Source: a virus
Lineage: Duplodnaviria > Caudoviricetes
Direction: 5' to 3' (one strand)
Length of the DNA: 44,024 nt
Virus record (IMG/VR): IMGVR_UViG_3300037308_000576
Location: 1-44,024 of that record
The notes beneath the pieces were generated by a model. It was not told the origin of the DNA, did not search any database, and saw only the letters and a program-made list of their open reading frames with translations. This document shows, in pieces, positions 27,699 through 35,776 of the stretch. Each line of letters begins with the position of its first letter. Position 1 is the first letter of the stretch. Made by a program: the position numbers and the translations under genes.

Positions 27699-28673
27699 GT
27701 GAGTTGGGCTTTCGGAGTCATATCGTCGGCTGCGGCGCTTACTGATCCAGAACGGGTAAATCTTTCGGCGTCGAGCAACATAGCATCCGGCGCGGCAACT
27801 GCTACGACTGCGCAGCTCACCGCGCCGAGCGGTAAGTCAACGTCTGATTTTCAGGCCGGTAAAATTTCCGACGACACTAACCCGTTGCCGTCAATCGATT
27901 TGAACAACTTAAAATACACCGAGCTCGAATGGTCGATCATCACGGCTTCCGGTCTATCCTCCAACGATGAAATCGAGTTCCGAATTACTAACAATGGAAC
28001 TGTTTTAGATACCTACACCGTCACGCCGAAAATAACCATATCATCAGCGGGTACTCTATACTATAAGAGCATAGATGGAACCTTGCCCGCTGCCACGGGC
28101 GCTGTGATAAAAAAGGCCATTAAAGGGTTGGCCGGTGTCATGCCGTTTGCCGTAGGAGGGGCAATAAGGCTGATATCAGTATCCAGGACCGGTGCCATGC
28201 CCGCCCCGTACGGTTCAGCATCAAAAAAGATGTTCATGGCGTTTGCCGGTGCCATGCCGTCTGCGTCCGGTTCCTTGGGCACTCAGATATCAATGACGCG
28301 AACGGTCACCGGGGCATTCCCGGCCCCCGTCGGCGGTACCGTCAAGTTAATCTCCAGGAGCCTTACCGGAGGTATGCCGAACGCCGCCGGGGCCATTCAG
28401 CGCCGCACGGCACGGACTATTTTCGGAACGCTCCCCGCACCATCCGGAAGTGTATTTAAATTGACTTCCATCATCCGATCTGGTATAATGCCAGCGGCGA
28501 TGGGGGGAGTCGCGGCGGTGCTGACCCTCACCCGCTCGCTGTCGGGCGCTCTCGGTGCCATCTCCGGAGAGCTTCAAACGCAGATTGTTGTAAGTTCACC
28601 TTATGTTAGGGTAAAAAGAATAATTAACAATGGACTTAACAAACTACTAAGCCTTGGGAGGTTGTGGCGATGA
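27699..28673 (+). CDS. Putative fibre-like virion protein with about 9 GxxPxxxG repeats
   Basis: N-terminal TTAQLT...YTELEWSI...IEFRIT module followed by 19-21-aa repeats. Confidence 0.7.
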   Translation: MSWAFGVISSAAALTDPERVNLSASSNIASGAATATTAQLTAPSGKSTSDFQAGKISDDTNPLPSIDLNNLKYTELEWSIITASGLSSNDEIEFRITNNGTVLDTYTVTPKITISSAGTLYYKSIDGTLPAATGAVIKKAIKGLAGVMPFAVGGAIRLISVSRTGAMPAPYGSASKKMFMAFAGAMPSASGSLGTQISMTRTVTGAFPAPVGGTVKLISRSLTGGMPNAAGAIQRRTARTIFGTLPAPSGSVFKLTSIIRSGIMPAAMGGVAAVLTLTRSLSGALGAISGELQTQIVVSSPYVRVKRIINNGLNKLLSLGRLWR

Positions 28674-29281
28674 AGAAGGAAAAGCGAGACGTTAACGGAA
28701 AGATTAAGGAAACGTTGTGGACCCGTTTTAAGAGTTGGAGGCTCGGTCGAAAGATAAGGAAAGGGAAGCTTCCTCGCGGGAGAACGGCGAGTGAGGTGTT
28801 GAAAGCGATCCATGATTCGACCAAGGGGGAGATGACCGAGATTTGGGGGATACTTTCCGCCGTCCTCATCCGCAAGGATGGAACCCGTAAGGATTTTGGC
28901 GTCATTTCGATCAGGAAGGTCACTGTCGCCTTTAGGGATTACATCGTTGATTCCTTGCAGAACAGCGGCACCTACCCATTGAGTAATTTTAAATACCATG
29001 GCAGCGGCACCGGGGTGGTGGCGGAAGCGAATACCGATACCGCATTAGGCACTGAAGTCGAATCGCGGGTTTCAGGGTCCCAGGCGGAGGCCGCTGCTAA
29101 CATTTACCGTACGGTGGGTACGATCAGTTACACTGGAACCCGTGCCATTACCGAGCATGGAGTATTTTCAGCATCGACCTCCGGTACGTTGATGGACCGT
29201 TCAGTGTTTTCGGCCATTAACGTGATTTCAAGCGATCAGATTCAGTTCACCTATGATTGCACCTTTGCGGCGGAGACTTAA
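28670..29281 (+). CDS. Putative virion protein (tail-collar/fibre-anchor-like domain) with a basic N-terminus
   Basis: GSGTG...TDTALGTE...ITEHGVF...LMDRSVFSAINV; ATG 28670 with SD GGAGG. Confidence 0.65.
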   Translation: MKKEKRDVNGKIKETLWTRFKSWRLGRKIRKGKLPRGRTASEVLKAIHDSTKGEMTEIWGILSAVLIRKDGTRKDFGVISIRKVTVAFRDYIVDSLQNSGTYPLSNFKYHGSGTGVVAEANTDTALGTEVESRVSGSQAEAAANIYRTVGTISYTGTRAITEHGVFSASTSGTLMDRSVFSAINVISSDQIQFTYDCTFAAET

Positions 29282-29283
29282 AA

Positions 29284-29625
29284 ATGAGCTTAGCAGACAA
29301 GGTTATTCTTAATCGCGCCAACGATATCGGAGTCATCGGCCATGCCAGTAAGCCCAAGACTTCTTCATCTTTGATCTGTACCGGGCCTTGTCTGATCTTG
29401 GGCATTAAGATTAAAACCAATAAAGTGGCCGATGTGGTTCTTAACATTTATGACAACACGTCCGCCAGCGGAGATGTTTGGGATGATTGGTTTATCATCG
29501 GTCCGGACGGGACCGGGGGCGGGTTTTATCCGGCACCAATGTATATGGAAAATGGTATATACATTGACGTGACGGCAGGATCCGCCTACACTTATAACGT
29601 ATTTTTTGCTAAACTGAAAGTTTAA
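29284..29625 (+). CDS. Hypothetical virion protein (113 aa)
   Basis: ATG 29284 with SD GGAG; IYDNTSASG...ENGIYIDV. Confidence 0.65.
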   Translation: MSLADKVILNRANDIGVIGHASKPKTSSSLICTGPCLILGIKIKTNKVADVVLNIYDNTSASGDVWDDWFIIGPDGTGGGFYPAPMYMENGIYIDVTAGSAYTYNVFFAKLKV

Positions 29626-29634
29626 GGGGGGCGA

Positions 29635-29859
29635 ATGGGTATCTCACTGAACGATTTGAAAAAGGTCGTGGCAGAGGCCGTGGAAGAGAAGTTAACGGAG
29701 GCCAAGAACAGCAGAACCACCATCGAAACCATGCTCGCCGCCAATAAGGCCCAGGCGGAAGGGTTCTGGAAGAAGCACGGGAAGGTGGTGCTGGTTTCAT
29801 TCGGCGTCGGGTTCGGATTGGCCATCGTCCTTTCCGTGTTGGGGCTGTCTTTAAAATGA
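29635..29859 (+). CDS. Small protein with a C-terminal TM helix
   Basis: VVLVSFGVGFGLAIVLSVLGL; adjacent to the holin. Confidence 0.65.
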   Translation: MGISLNDLKKVVAEAVEEKLTEAKNSRTTIETMLAANKAQAEGFWKKHGKVVLVSFGVGFGLAIVLSVLGLSLK

Positions 29860-29873
29860 GAAAGGGGGGCAAA

Positions 29874-30341
29874 ATGATTCCCATCATCAGTGATCTTATT
29901 GCCAACACTGTCGGCAAAGTGGTGGACGGCGGAATGGACATCATCAAGAAGCTCGTCCCTGATAAGGACAAGCAGATTCAGGCCGAAATGGAGCTTCGTA
30001 ACCTCGGCATCCAAATTGCGGCTGAAGCCACTAAAATGGAGCATGAAGAGCGCATGGGGCAGATCGAGATCAACAAGATCGACGCCTCAAGCCAGGACGC
30101 CTACCAGCGTCGGGCTAGGCCGACTACGCTTTGGATCTGTAACATTGCCCTTTTCTATGTCTTCATCGGATTCCCGATCGCGGAGTGGCTCCTTAAGATA
30201 TCCGTTCTCTGGACTACAAAGCTTGCCGGAATCACCCCACCGCCGTTGCCGGATGCCGAATATCTGTTGATCGTATTGGGTGCGCTATTGGGCTTTGGTG
30301 GGTACCGCACCTTTGAGCGTGTCAAAGGCGTCATTCAATAG
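29874..30341 (+). CDS. Holin (3TM, gene-transfer-release type)
   Basis: KLVPDKD...QIEINKIDA...RARP..W...LLGFGGYRTFERVKG. Confidence 0.85.
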   Translation: MIPIISDLIANTVGKVVDGGMDIIKKLVPDKDKQIQAEMELRNLGIQIAAEATKMEHEERMGQIEINKIDASSQDAYQRRARPTTLWICNIALFYVFIGFPIAEWLLKISVLWTTKLAGITPPPLPDAEYLLIVLGALLGFGGYRTFERVKGVIQ

Positions 30342-30362
30342 CTCAGACGCGGCGGCGTGACC

Positions 30363-30392
30363 TTGACAGGCCAAGCCGCCGCGTGGTACAAT
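30363..30392 (+). promoter_or_regulatory. sigma70 promoter of the replication operon (extended -10), overlapping a 10-bp inverted repeat
   Basis: TTGACA-18 bp-TACAAT with TGg before the -10; arms ACGCGGCGGC (30347-30356) and GCCGCCGCGT (30375-30384). Confidence 0.8.
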
Positions 30393-30418
30393 TAAGTTGA
30401 ATCGAGAGGAGAGTCGCA

Positions 30419-30793
30419 ATGAAAGCTTTTATCATCCAGGACGATGGCAGGAAAAATTTCTCGTCGGTGGTGAATCAAGTCGATGAGGTACGTATATTGT
30501 GTACCCGCGACTGCCCGTTGTTCGATGACGAGGACATTCGCGTCCATGTGTCAAAAATCAAAGACAAATTGATGTCCTATGATCCAGACAATGACGTGAT
30601 TGTGTTAGTCGGAGATCCGGTCAACATCGGGTTGGTAACTGCTGAAGTCCTTAGGAAAGGGGGAGGAAGATTCTTAAAATACCACCGCTCAACTGAAACT
30701 TACAGAATGTTAACGTTAAAGGAGAATGAATACCATGCCTCAAAAAACTTTCGCCAAATCGGCATCAGCACCGGCACCAACCGCAAACACTAA
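30419..30793 (+). CDS. Hypothetical protein, first gene of the replication operon
   Basis: SD GAGGAG; YDPDNDVIVLVGDP. Confidence 0.7.
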   Translation: MKAFIIQDDGRKNFSSVVNQVDEVRILCTRDCPLFDDEDIRVHVSKIKDKLMSYDPDNDVIVLVGDPVNIGLVTAEVLRKGGGRFLKYHRSTETYRMLTLKENEYHASKNFRQIGISTGTNRKH

Positions 30794-31610
30794 ATCGCCT
30801 GCGCCCAAGGCCCCGCCCAAGGCTCCGCCCAAGGCTCCGCCGGCCCCGCCCAAGGCCCCGCCGGTCCCGCCCAAGGCCCCGCCGGTCCCGCCTACGCCCG
30901 TTGCATGGCAAGAGGAAACCGCACAAGTGGTGGCCACTGAAATGGGCGACCGTCCGGATTACGTTGAGGAACAGGACGTCCACGCCCCTGTCGATTCCGG
31001 AAACTTGCTCCCCGTCGTCAAATTGATGCAGGCCCTGTCCCCTGAATTGGATAAGGCCGATGAGCGTTACGTTGAAGGAGCTGAAGTGGGCGACATTGTC
31101 GTGGTCGATGGCGCGGACAAATATGTGTTTGGCGGTGAAGCTGGAATCCGCATCATTCCCATCATCGTTCGCAAGCAATGGGTTGAATGGGTTCCGCGCA
31201 AAATGGGCGGCGGATTCGTTGCCGCTTACAACACCAAGGAGGAGATGGAAGCCGGGGTCACTAAGGGCAACGAGGTCCAGGTGTCCATCGATTACCTTTG
31301 CGTCACTCCTGAATTGGTCGAAGGCGAATTAAAGCCGGTGGTTCTGCAGTTCAATTCGGCCACGAAGTTGGGGGTAGCGCGTAGTTTTGCGGAGATGATT
31401 AAGAAATTCCGGACCATGATCGGGGTCTCTTACATTGTCCATTCGGTTCGCAAGACTAATCGGCAGCGTCAAGTGTATTACAATTTCGGCATTCGTCACG
31501 AAGGGTGGGTGCAGAAGGAACTTTACACTACCGTACAGGCCATCCAAGCCGAGAATCAGGGGTTCTTCCTCAGCCTCAACACTACGCAGGACGCTGCTAG
31601 TGAGTTGTAG
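30735..31610 (+). CDS. Putative single-stranded DNA-binding protein with a Pro/Lys/Ala-repeat N-terminus
   Basis: LP.VKLMQALSPE...YVEGAEVGD...WVEWVPR..GGGFV, typical of phage SSB-like proteins before helicase/polA; SD spacing favours ATG 30735. Confidence 0.6.
   Translation: MPQKTFAKSASAPAPTANTKSPAPKAPPKAPPKAPPAPPKAPPVPPKAPPVPPTPVAWQEETAQVVATEMGDRPDYVEEQDVHAPVDSGNLLPVVKLMQALSPELDKADERYVEGAEVGDIVVVDGADKYVFGGEAGIRIIPIIVRKQWVEWVPRKMGGGFVAAYNTKEEMEAGVTKGNEVQVSIDYLCVTPELVEGELKPVVLQFNSATKLGVARSFAEMIKKFRTMIGVSYIVHSVRKTNRQRQVYYNFGIRHEGWVQKELYTTVQAIQAENQGFFLSLNTTQDAASEL
30801..30892 (+). repeat. Coding tandem repeat (CCCAAGGCYCCG), encoding PPKA/PPV
   Basis: Read directly. Confidence 0.85.
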
Positions 31611-31615
31611 GTGCT

Positions 31616-32977
31616 ATGTCGTACGTTACGGCATACTTCGGTCCTCCAGGAACCGGGAAGACCACTTTTTTGTGCACCAGAGTCATGCCATGGGTGCATG
31701 AAAAATACTACGGTATGCCAACTGCCGTACTTTCTTTCTCACGGGCTGCAGCCAGAAAATTGACTTCGAGGCTGCAGCCCGTTCCTTCCTTGTATGTCGG
31801 GACCATTCACTCCCTGTGTTTTCATGAACTTGGTCTGTCTAAATCGGATGTGGCCACCCCGGAAAAATTTGCTGATATGCATGGCGTTGACGTTAACGTG
31901 GCTTATATCGTGACTAACACGGACTCTTTGGCCAGGAACATTGAGGGGGACCCAAAAGATGTCTACAGTAAAACGATGTTTAACTACAACGATGTCATCA
32001 CCATGGACTCCTTTGAATTCTATCTCAATCTATATAAGGAATGGAAAGAGAAAGGAGCCTATCTCGATTTCACAGACATTCTTGAAGAAGCGACAAGACT
32101 TGGCGTTCTTTATAAGGTTGGGTTCCGGGCCGTGGTTGTGGATGAAAGTCAAGATCTCACCCCCTTGCAGTGGAAAACTATTACCGCTATGGATGCGGAA
32201 CAAATTATTCTTGCAGGAGACGACGACCAAAGTATATATACCTTTAACGGGGCCGATCCTGCAATCATGGTTAACGAATCGCAAAGCAAATTCATTCTTA
32301 ATCAGAGTTACCGTTGTCCAAGACGTATTCACGAAGCCGCTAACAAAGTGGTTAACAAAATATCTTCTAGGCAGAAAAAATCCTGGCTCCCCAGGCCGGT
32401 CGATGGAGTGCTTGACATGTTTGGGTCCTACGAACACGCATTCCATAATGTTCCTGCGCCGCATCTGGTCCTCGTCCGTGATCGGTGGCGAATGTCAGAA
32501 GTGATAGATTTCCTGACCATGCTGGCAGTGCCGTTCAGAATTGCCGGGGGCCGTTCAGCCTTTGAATCCAGGCATGCGAAAGTTATTCGGGCTGTGGCCA
32601 ATAAAGATTATGAGTACCTTGATGACTCGCTTGGATTCATGAATCCGTTAATGACGATGAGGGTGCAGGCGAGGAAATTGGATGGAAGTGAGAAAAAAGA
32701 AGACATCATCAATTGGGAAAAGATTGATTATAATGAGGGGAAATATCTGCTCAATGTGGATCTAAATTCCAAAGAAATAGTTACGGTGTCCACCATACAT
32801 GGCTTTAAAGGTGAGGAGGCCGATCGCGTGGTCCTTGACTGTAATTGCACCATTAGGGTGGAGAACGCACAATTTTCTGATGATTTGGATTCAGAGTTAC
32901 GTGTATGGTATGTTGGGATCACAAGAGCCAAAGAAAGTTTATACATGATAGGCGACAATTCATTCATAAGGGGATAA
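31616..32977 (+). CDS. UvrD/Rep-like SF1 helicase
   Basis: GPPGTGKT, TIHSL, VVVDESQD, GDDDQSIY, SYRCP, STIHGFKGEE, YVGITRAK. Confidence 0.95.
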   Translation: MSYVTAYFGPPGTGKTTFLCTRVMPWVHEKYYGMPTAVLSFSRAAARKLTSRLQPVPSLYVGTIHSLCFHELGLSKSDVATPEKFADMHGVDVNVAYIVTNTDSLARNIEGDPKDVYSKTMFNYNDVITMDSFEFYLNLYKEWKEKGAYLDFTDILEEATRLGVLYKVGFRAVVVDESQDLTPLQWKTITAMDAEQIILAGDDDQSIYTFNGADPAIMVNESQSKFILNQSYRCPRRIHEAANKVVNKISSRQKKSWLPRPVDGVLDMFGSYEHAFHNVPAPHLVLVRDRWRMSEVIDFLTMLAVPFRIAGGRSAFESRHAKVIRAVANKDYEYLDDSLGFMNPLMTMRVQARKLDGSEKKEDIINWEKIDYNEGKYLLNVDLNSKEIVTVSTIHGFKGEEADRVVLDCNCTIRVENAQFSDDLDSELRVWYVGITRAKESLYMIGDNSFIRG

Positions 32978-32982
32978 TAGAG

Positions 32983-34770
32983 ATGAGAGCGGAAATAACT
33001 AAAATTGAATCATTGCCTAGATTTAATGAAGGGGATGTGTTGTTTCTGGACACTGAAACCACCGGCTTGAATTACATGAAAGATAAGCCATTCATGTTCC
33101 AAGTGGGGTGGGGCGCGGGTAAATTTGCCGTCACTGATGTGGAAAAGATGGTGAAATGGCTCAATGAGAACCTGACTCGTGCCAAGATCGTGGTTGGACA
33201 CAATGTTAAATATGACATGCACATGTGCGCTAACGCGGGTGTCGATAACAATGCTATTTTTAATTCTAGATGGCATTGTACCACTGTAGGGGAATTCCTG
33301 GTGGACGACCATCAGAAATCGTACCATCTTGAAGAATTGTGCCAATCCCATTTCGGTCTTAGGAAGGAGGATAAAGCGCTGCTTGAATGGTTGGCCGCGA
33401 AATTTGGTGGCGAGCCTACGAGAAAAGCGCAAATGAAGCACATCGTTCATGCGCCTAGGGACATGGTAGCTTATTATGGAATAGGTGACGTTAAATGTGT
33501 GGAAATGCTTTATAACCGACAAATGGAGGAATACACTCAACAGGATTTATGGAAAGTGAGCGAGTTGGAGCGCAAGACGACCAGGGCGCTTTGGTGGACT
33601 GAACGCATAGGTGTGCCGATCGACATGGAGAGGTTGGAGAAAAGCGAAAAAGGTCTTAAACGAATGTGGGTTAAAGTGCAAGAGGAAATAAACAATCTTG
33701 TGGGCAGGCCCACTAACGTAAAGTCCAATAAAGATCTACTGTACGCCTTTGATCATCTTGGTCTAGAGTGCGCCATGTCGGCTTCCGGCAACGGAAAATT
33801 CGACAAGGACACATTAAAGGCAATTGATCACCCGCTGTGTAAACAAATTTTAAAATTGAGATCAATCAGGGTAATGATCGAAACTTTTATCGACACCATT
33901 CGTTCCCATGCGCATGACGATGGGCGCATTCATTGTAATCTCAATCAGACAAAAACTGAAGATTACGGGGTAAAGACCGGTAGGTTATCGGCAAGCGATC
34001 CTAATCTGCAGCAGATCCCAAAACGCAACGATGAATTTGCTTCTCTCATACGGTCCTTGTTCGTGGCGGTGTCCGGAATGAAGTGGTTTCGTGCCGATTG
34101 GAGTCAGTTCGAATTCCGCATGTTCGCCCATTACACTAAATCCCCGGCCCTGATAGAGAAATTCAAGCAGGATAAGACTATTGACTACCATCAGGCGGTG
34201 GCCGATCTGACGGGATTGATTCGTGACCCCCATGCCAAACAATTGAACCTTGGGTTGGTGTTCGGCATGGGCGAGGGACTTATGGCTATGAAATGCGGCT
34301 TGCCATACCGTATCGAAATCGTGTACGGAAAGGAAGTCAAACGGGCGGGCGATGAGGCCAAAAAGATATTCAACACCTACCATCAAACGTTACCGGAAGT
34401 CAGACAGATGCTATTGACGGCTGAACGGAAAGCAAAGGCCGTGGGGTTTGTGCGCACGTTGTTCGGTAGAAAACTTAGGTTCCCGAATCGATACGGGTGC
34501 CATAAAGCGGCGGGTTATGTGTTCCAGGGATCATCAGCCGATATGATGAAAAAGAAATGTTGTGAATTGGTGGAAGCTTCATATGGCACCGACGTACAAT
34601 TCATGCTTCCGGTACATGATGAATTTAATCTTCTCGGTCCGATAGACGCGGAAAACGAAATCAAGGAGGTGATGGCGTCGATACTTGAAGACTGTCCAGA
34701 AATGAGGGTTCCGGTATATGCTGATATCGGGATGGGTGACGATTGGTGGCAAGCAACGAAAGGGGCTTAA
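32983..34770 (+). CDS. dpoZ: Family A DNA polymerase with 3'-5' exonuclease, DpoZ-like
   Basis: DTETTG, HNVKYD, TGRLSASDPNLQQIP, motif A DWSQFEFR, motif B AKQLNLGLVFG, motif C VHDE; co-located with purZ. Confidence 0.85.
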   Translation: MRAEITKIESLPRFNEGDVLFLDTETTGLNYMKDKPFMFQVGWGAGKFAVTDVEKMVKWLNENLTRAKIVVGHNVKYDMHMCANAGVDNNAIFNSRWHCTTVGEFLVDDHQKSYHLEELCQSHFGLRKEDKALLEWLAAKFGGEPTRKAQMKHIVHAPRDMVAYYGIGDVKCVEMLYNRQMEEYTQQDLWKVSELERKTTRALWWTERIGVPIDMERLEKSEKGLKRMWVKVQEEINNLVGRPTNVKSNKDLLYAFDHLGLECAMSASGNGKFDKDTLKAIDHPLCKQILKLRSIRVMIETFIDTIRSHAHDDGRIHCNLNQTKTEDYGVKTGRLSASDPNLQQIPKRNDEFASLIRSLFVAVSGMKWFRADWSQFEFRMFAHYTKSPALIEKFKQDKTIDYHQAVADLTGLIRDPHAKQLNLGLVFGMGEGLMAMKCGLPYRIEIVYGKEVKRAGDEAKKIFNTYHQTLPEVRQMLLTAERKAKAVGFVRTLFGRKLRFPNRYGCHKAAGYVFQGSSADMMKKKCCELVEASYGTDVQFMLPVHDEFNLLGPIDAENEIKEVMASILEDCPEMRVPVYADIGMGDDWWQATKGA

Positions 34771-34771
34771 G

Positions 34772-35371
34772 ATGGCGAAATTCAATGAGGGCTTGTTGTA
34801 TTTAGGGCCGATTGAAGGCGGCTACGTCAATGACCCCGTTGATTCAGGCGGGGAAACTTATCGCGGGATCGCGAGGAGATTTCATCCGTCCTGGGGCGGG
34901 TGGCCGTTCATCGATCAATTGAAAACTACATGTAACACCGTGACCGAGTTGGCTGCGGCACTTACAAAACCGCCGCCGATGATTGAGGCCATGGTGGCAG
35001 ATTTTTATCGGATAAAGTTTTGGGAGGCCGTGGGCGGCGATCATATCGCGGACCAGGATGTGGCTAATCAATTTTTTCAGGCCGGCGTCCTGTTTAATCC
35101 GGTAAGAGCGATTCGTGCCATGCAGCAGGCGCTGAATGTACTGAACCGAGAGGGCAAATTGTTCGCTGACTTACAGGAAGACGGCATCATCGGATCGAAA
35201 ACGATAGTGGCGGTCAACACGCTCTGCATGGCCGGGGACAAACAGATCCTAAGATTGGCGTTCGCAGTGTATCAAGCTGCCATGTGCCTGGAACTGGCGA
35301 AAAAGGACCCGAAAAAGGAAAAGTATATTCGTGGATGGTTGACGCGGGCAATGAAAGGGTTAATTAAATGA
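34772..35371 (+). CDS. Endolysin, glycoside hydrolase family 108 with a peptidoglycan-binding domain
   Basis: EGGYVNDPVDSGGETYRGI; DGIIGSKT; KYIRGWLTR. Confidence 0.92.
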   Translation: MAKFNEGLLYLGPIEGGYVNDPVDSGGETYRGIARRFHPSWGGWPFIDQLKTTCNTVTELAAALTKPPPMIEAMVADFYRIKFWEAVGGDHIADQDVANQFFQAGVLFNPVRAIRAMQQALNVLNREGKLFADLQEDGIIGSKTIVAVNTLCMAGDKQILRLAFAVYQAAMCLELAKKDPKKEKYIRGWLTRAMKGLIK

Positions 35372-35766
35372 AAATCTATTTTGCAGCACCGTGCTTTTCC
35401 CATGCTGAGCGTGAATGGAATCTGAAAATGGCCAACGAATTGACCACGATGGGGCATAATGTGTTTTTACCTCAAAGAGACAACAACGAGGGCATTTTAG
35501 AGAACATTTGCCTTGCCAATATTGCGGCGATTAGGAGATGCGATTTCGTGGTGGCCATATTCGATCGTTCAGACCCCGATTCCGGCACCGCATGGGAGTG
35601 CGGTTTCGCCCATGCCATCAGTAAAATCGTGTATGCAATACGTACCGACTTCCGTCGGGGCGGTGATGATGCGCGGTTCGAAGTCAATCTAATGTTGTCG
35701 TGCACCGCCGATGTCATTTTCACTGACCTAACTCACTTCTGGACGACCATGCGGTCGAAATTGTAA
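35368..35766 (+). CDS. Nucleoside 2'-deoxyribosyltransferase / dNMP N-glycosidase family protein
   Basis: KIYFAAP.F...CDFVVA...DSGTAWECGFA (Glu nucleophile)...NLML. Confidence 0.88.
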   Translation: MKIYFAAPCFSHAEREWNLKMANELTTMGHNVFLPQRDNNEGILENICLANIAAIRRCDFVVAIFDRSDPDSGTAWECGFAHAISKIVYAIRTDFRRGGDDARFEVNLMLSCTADVIFTDLTHFWTTMRSKL

Positions 35767-35776
35767 AGGAGGACGA

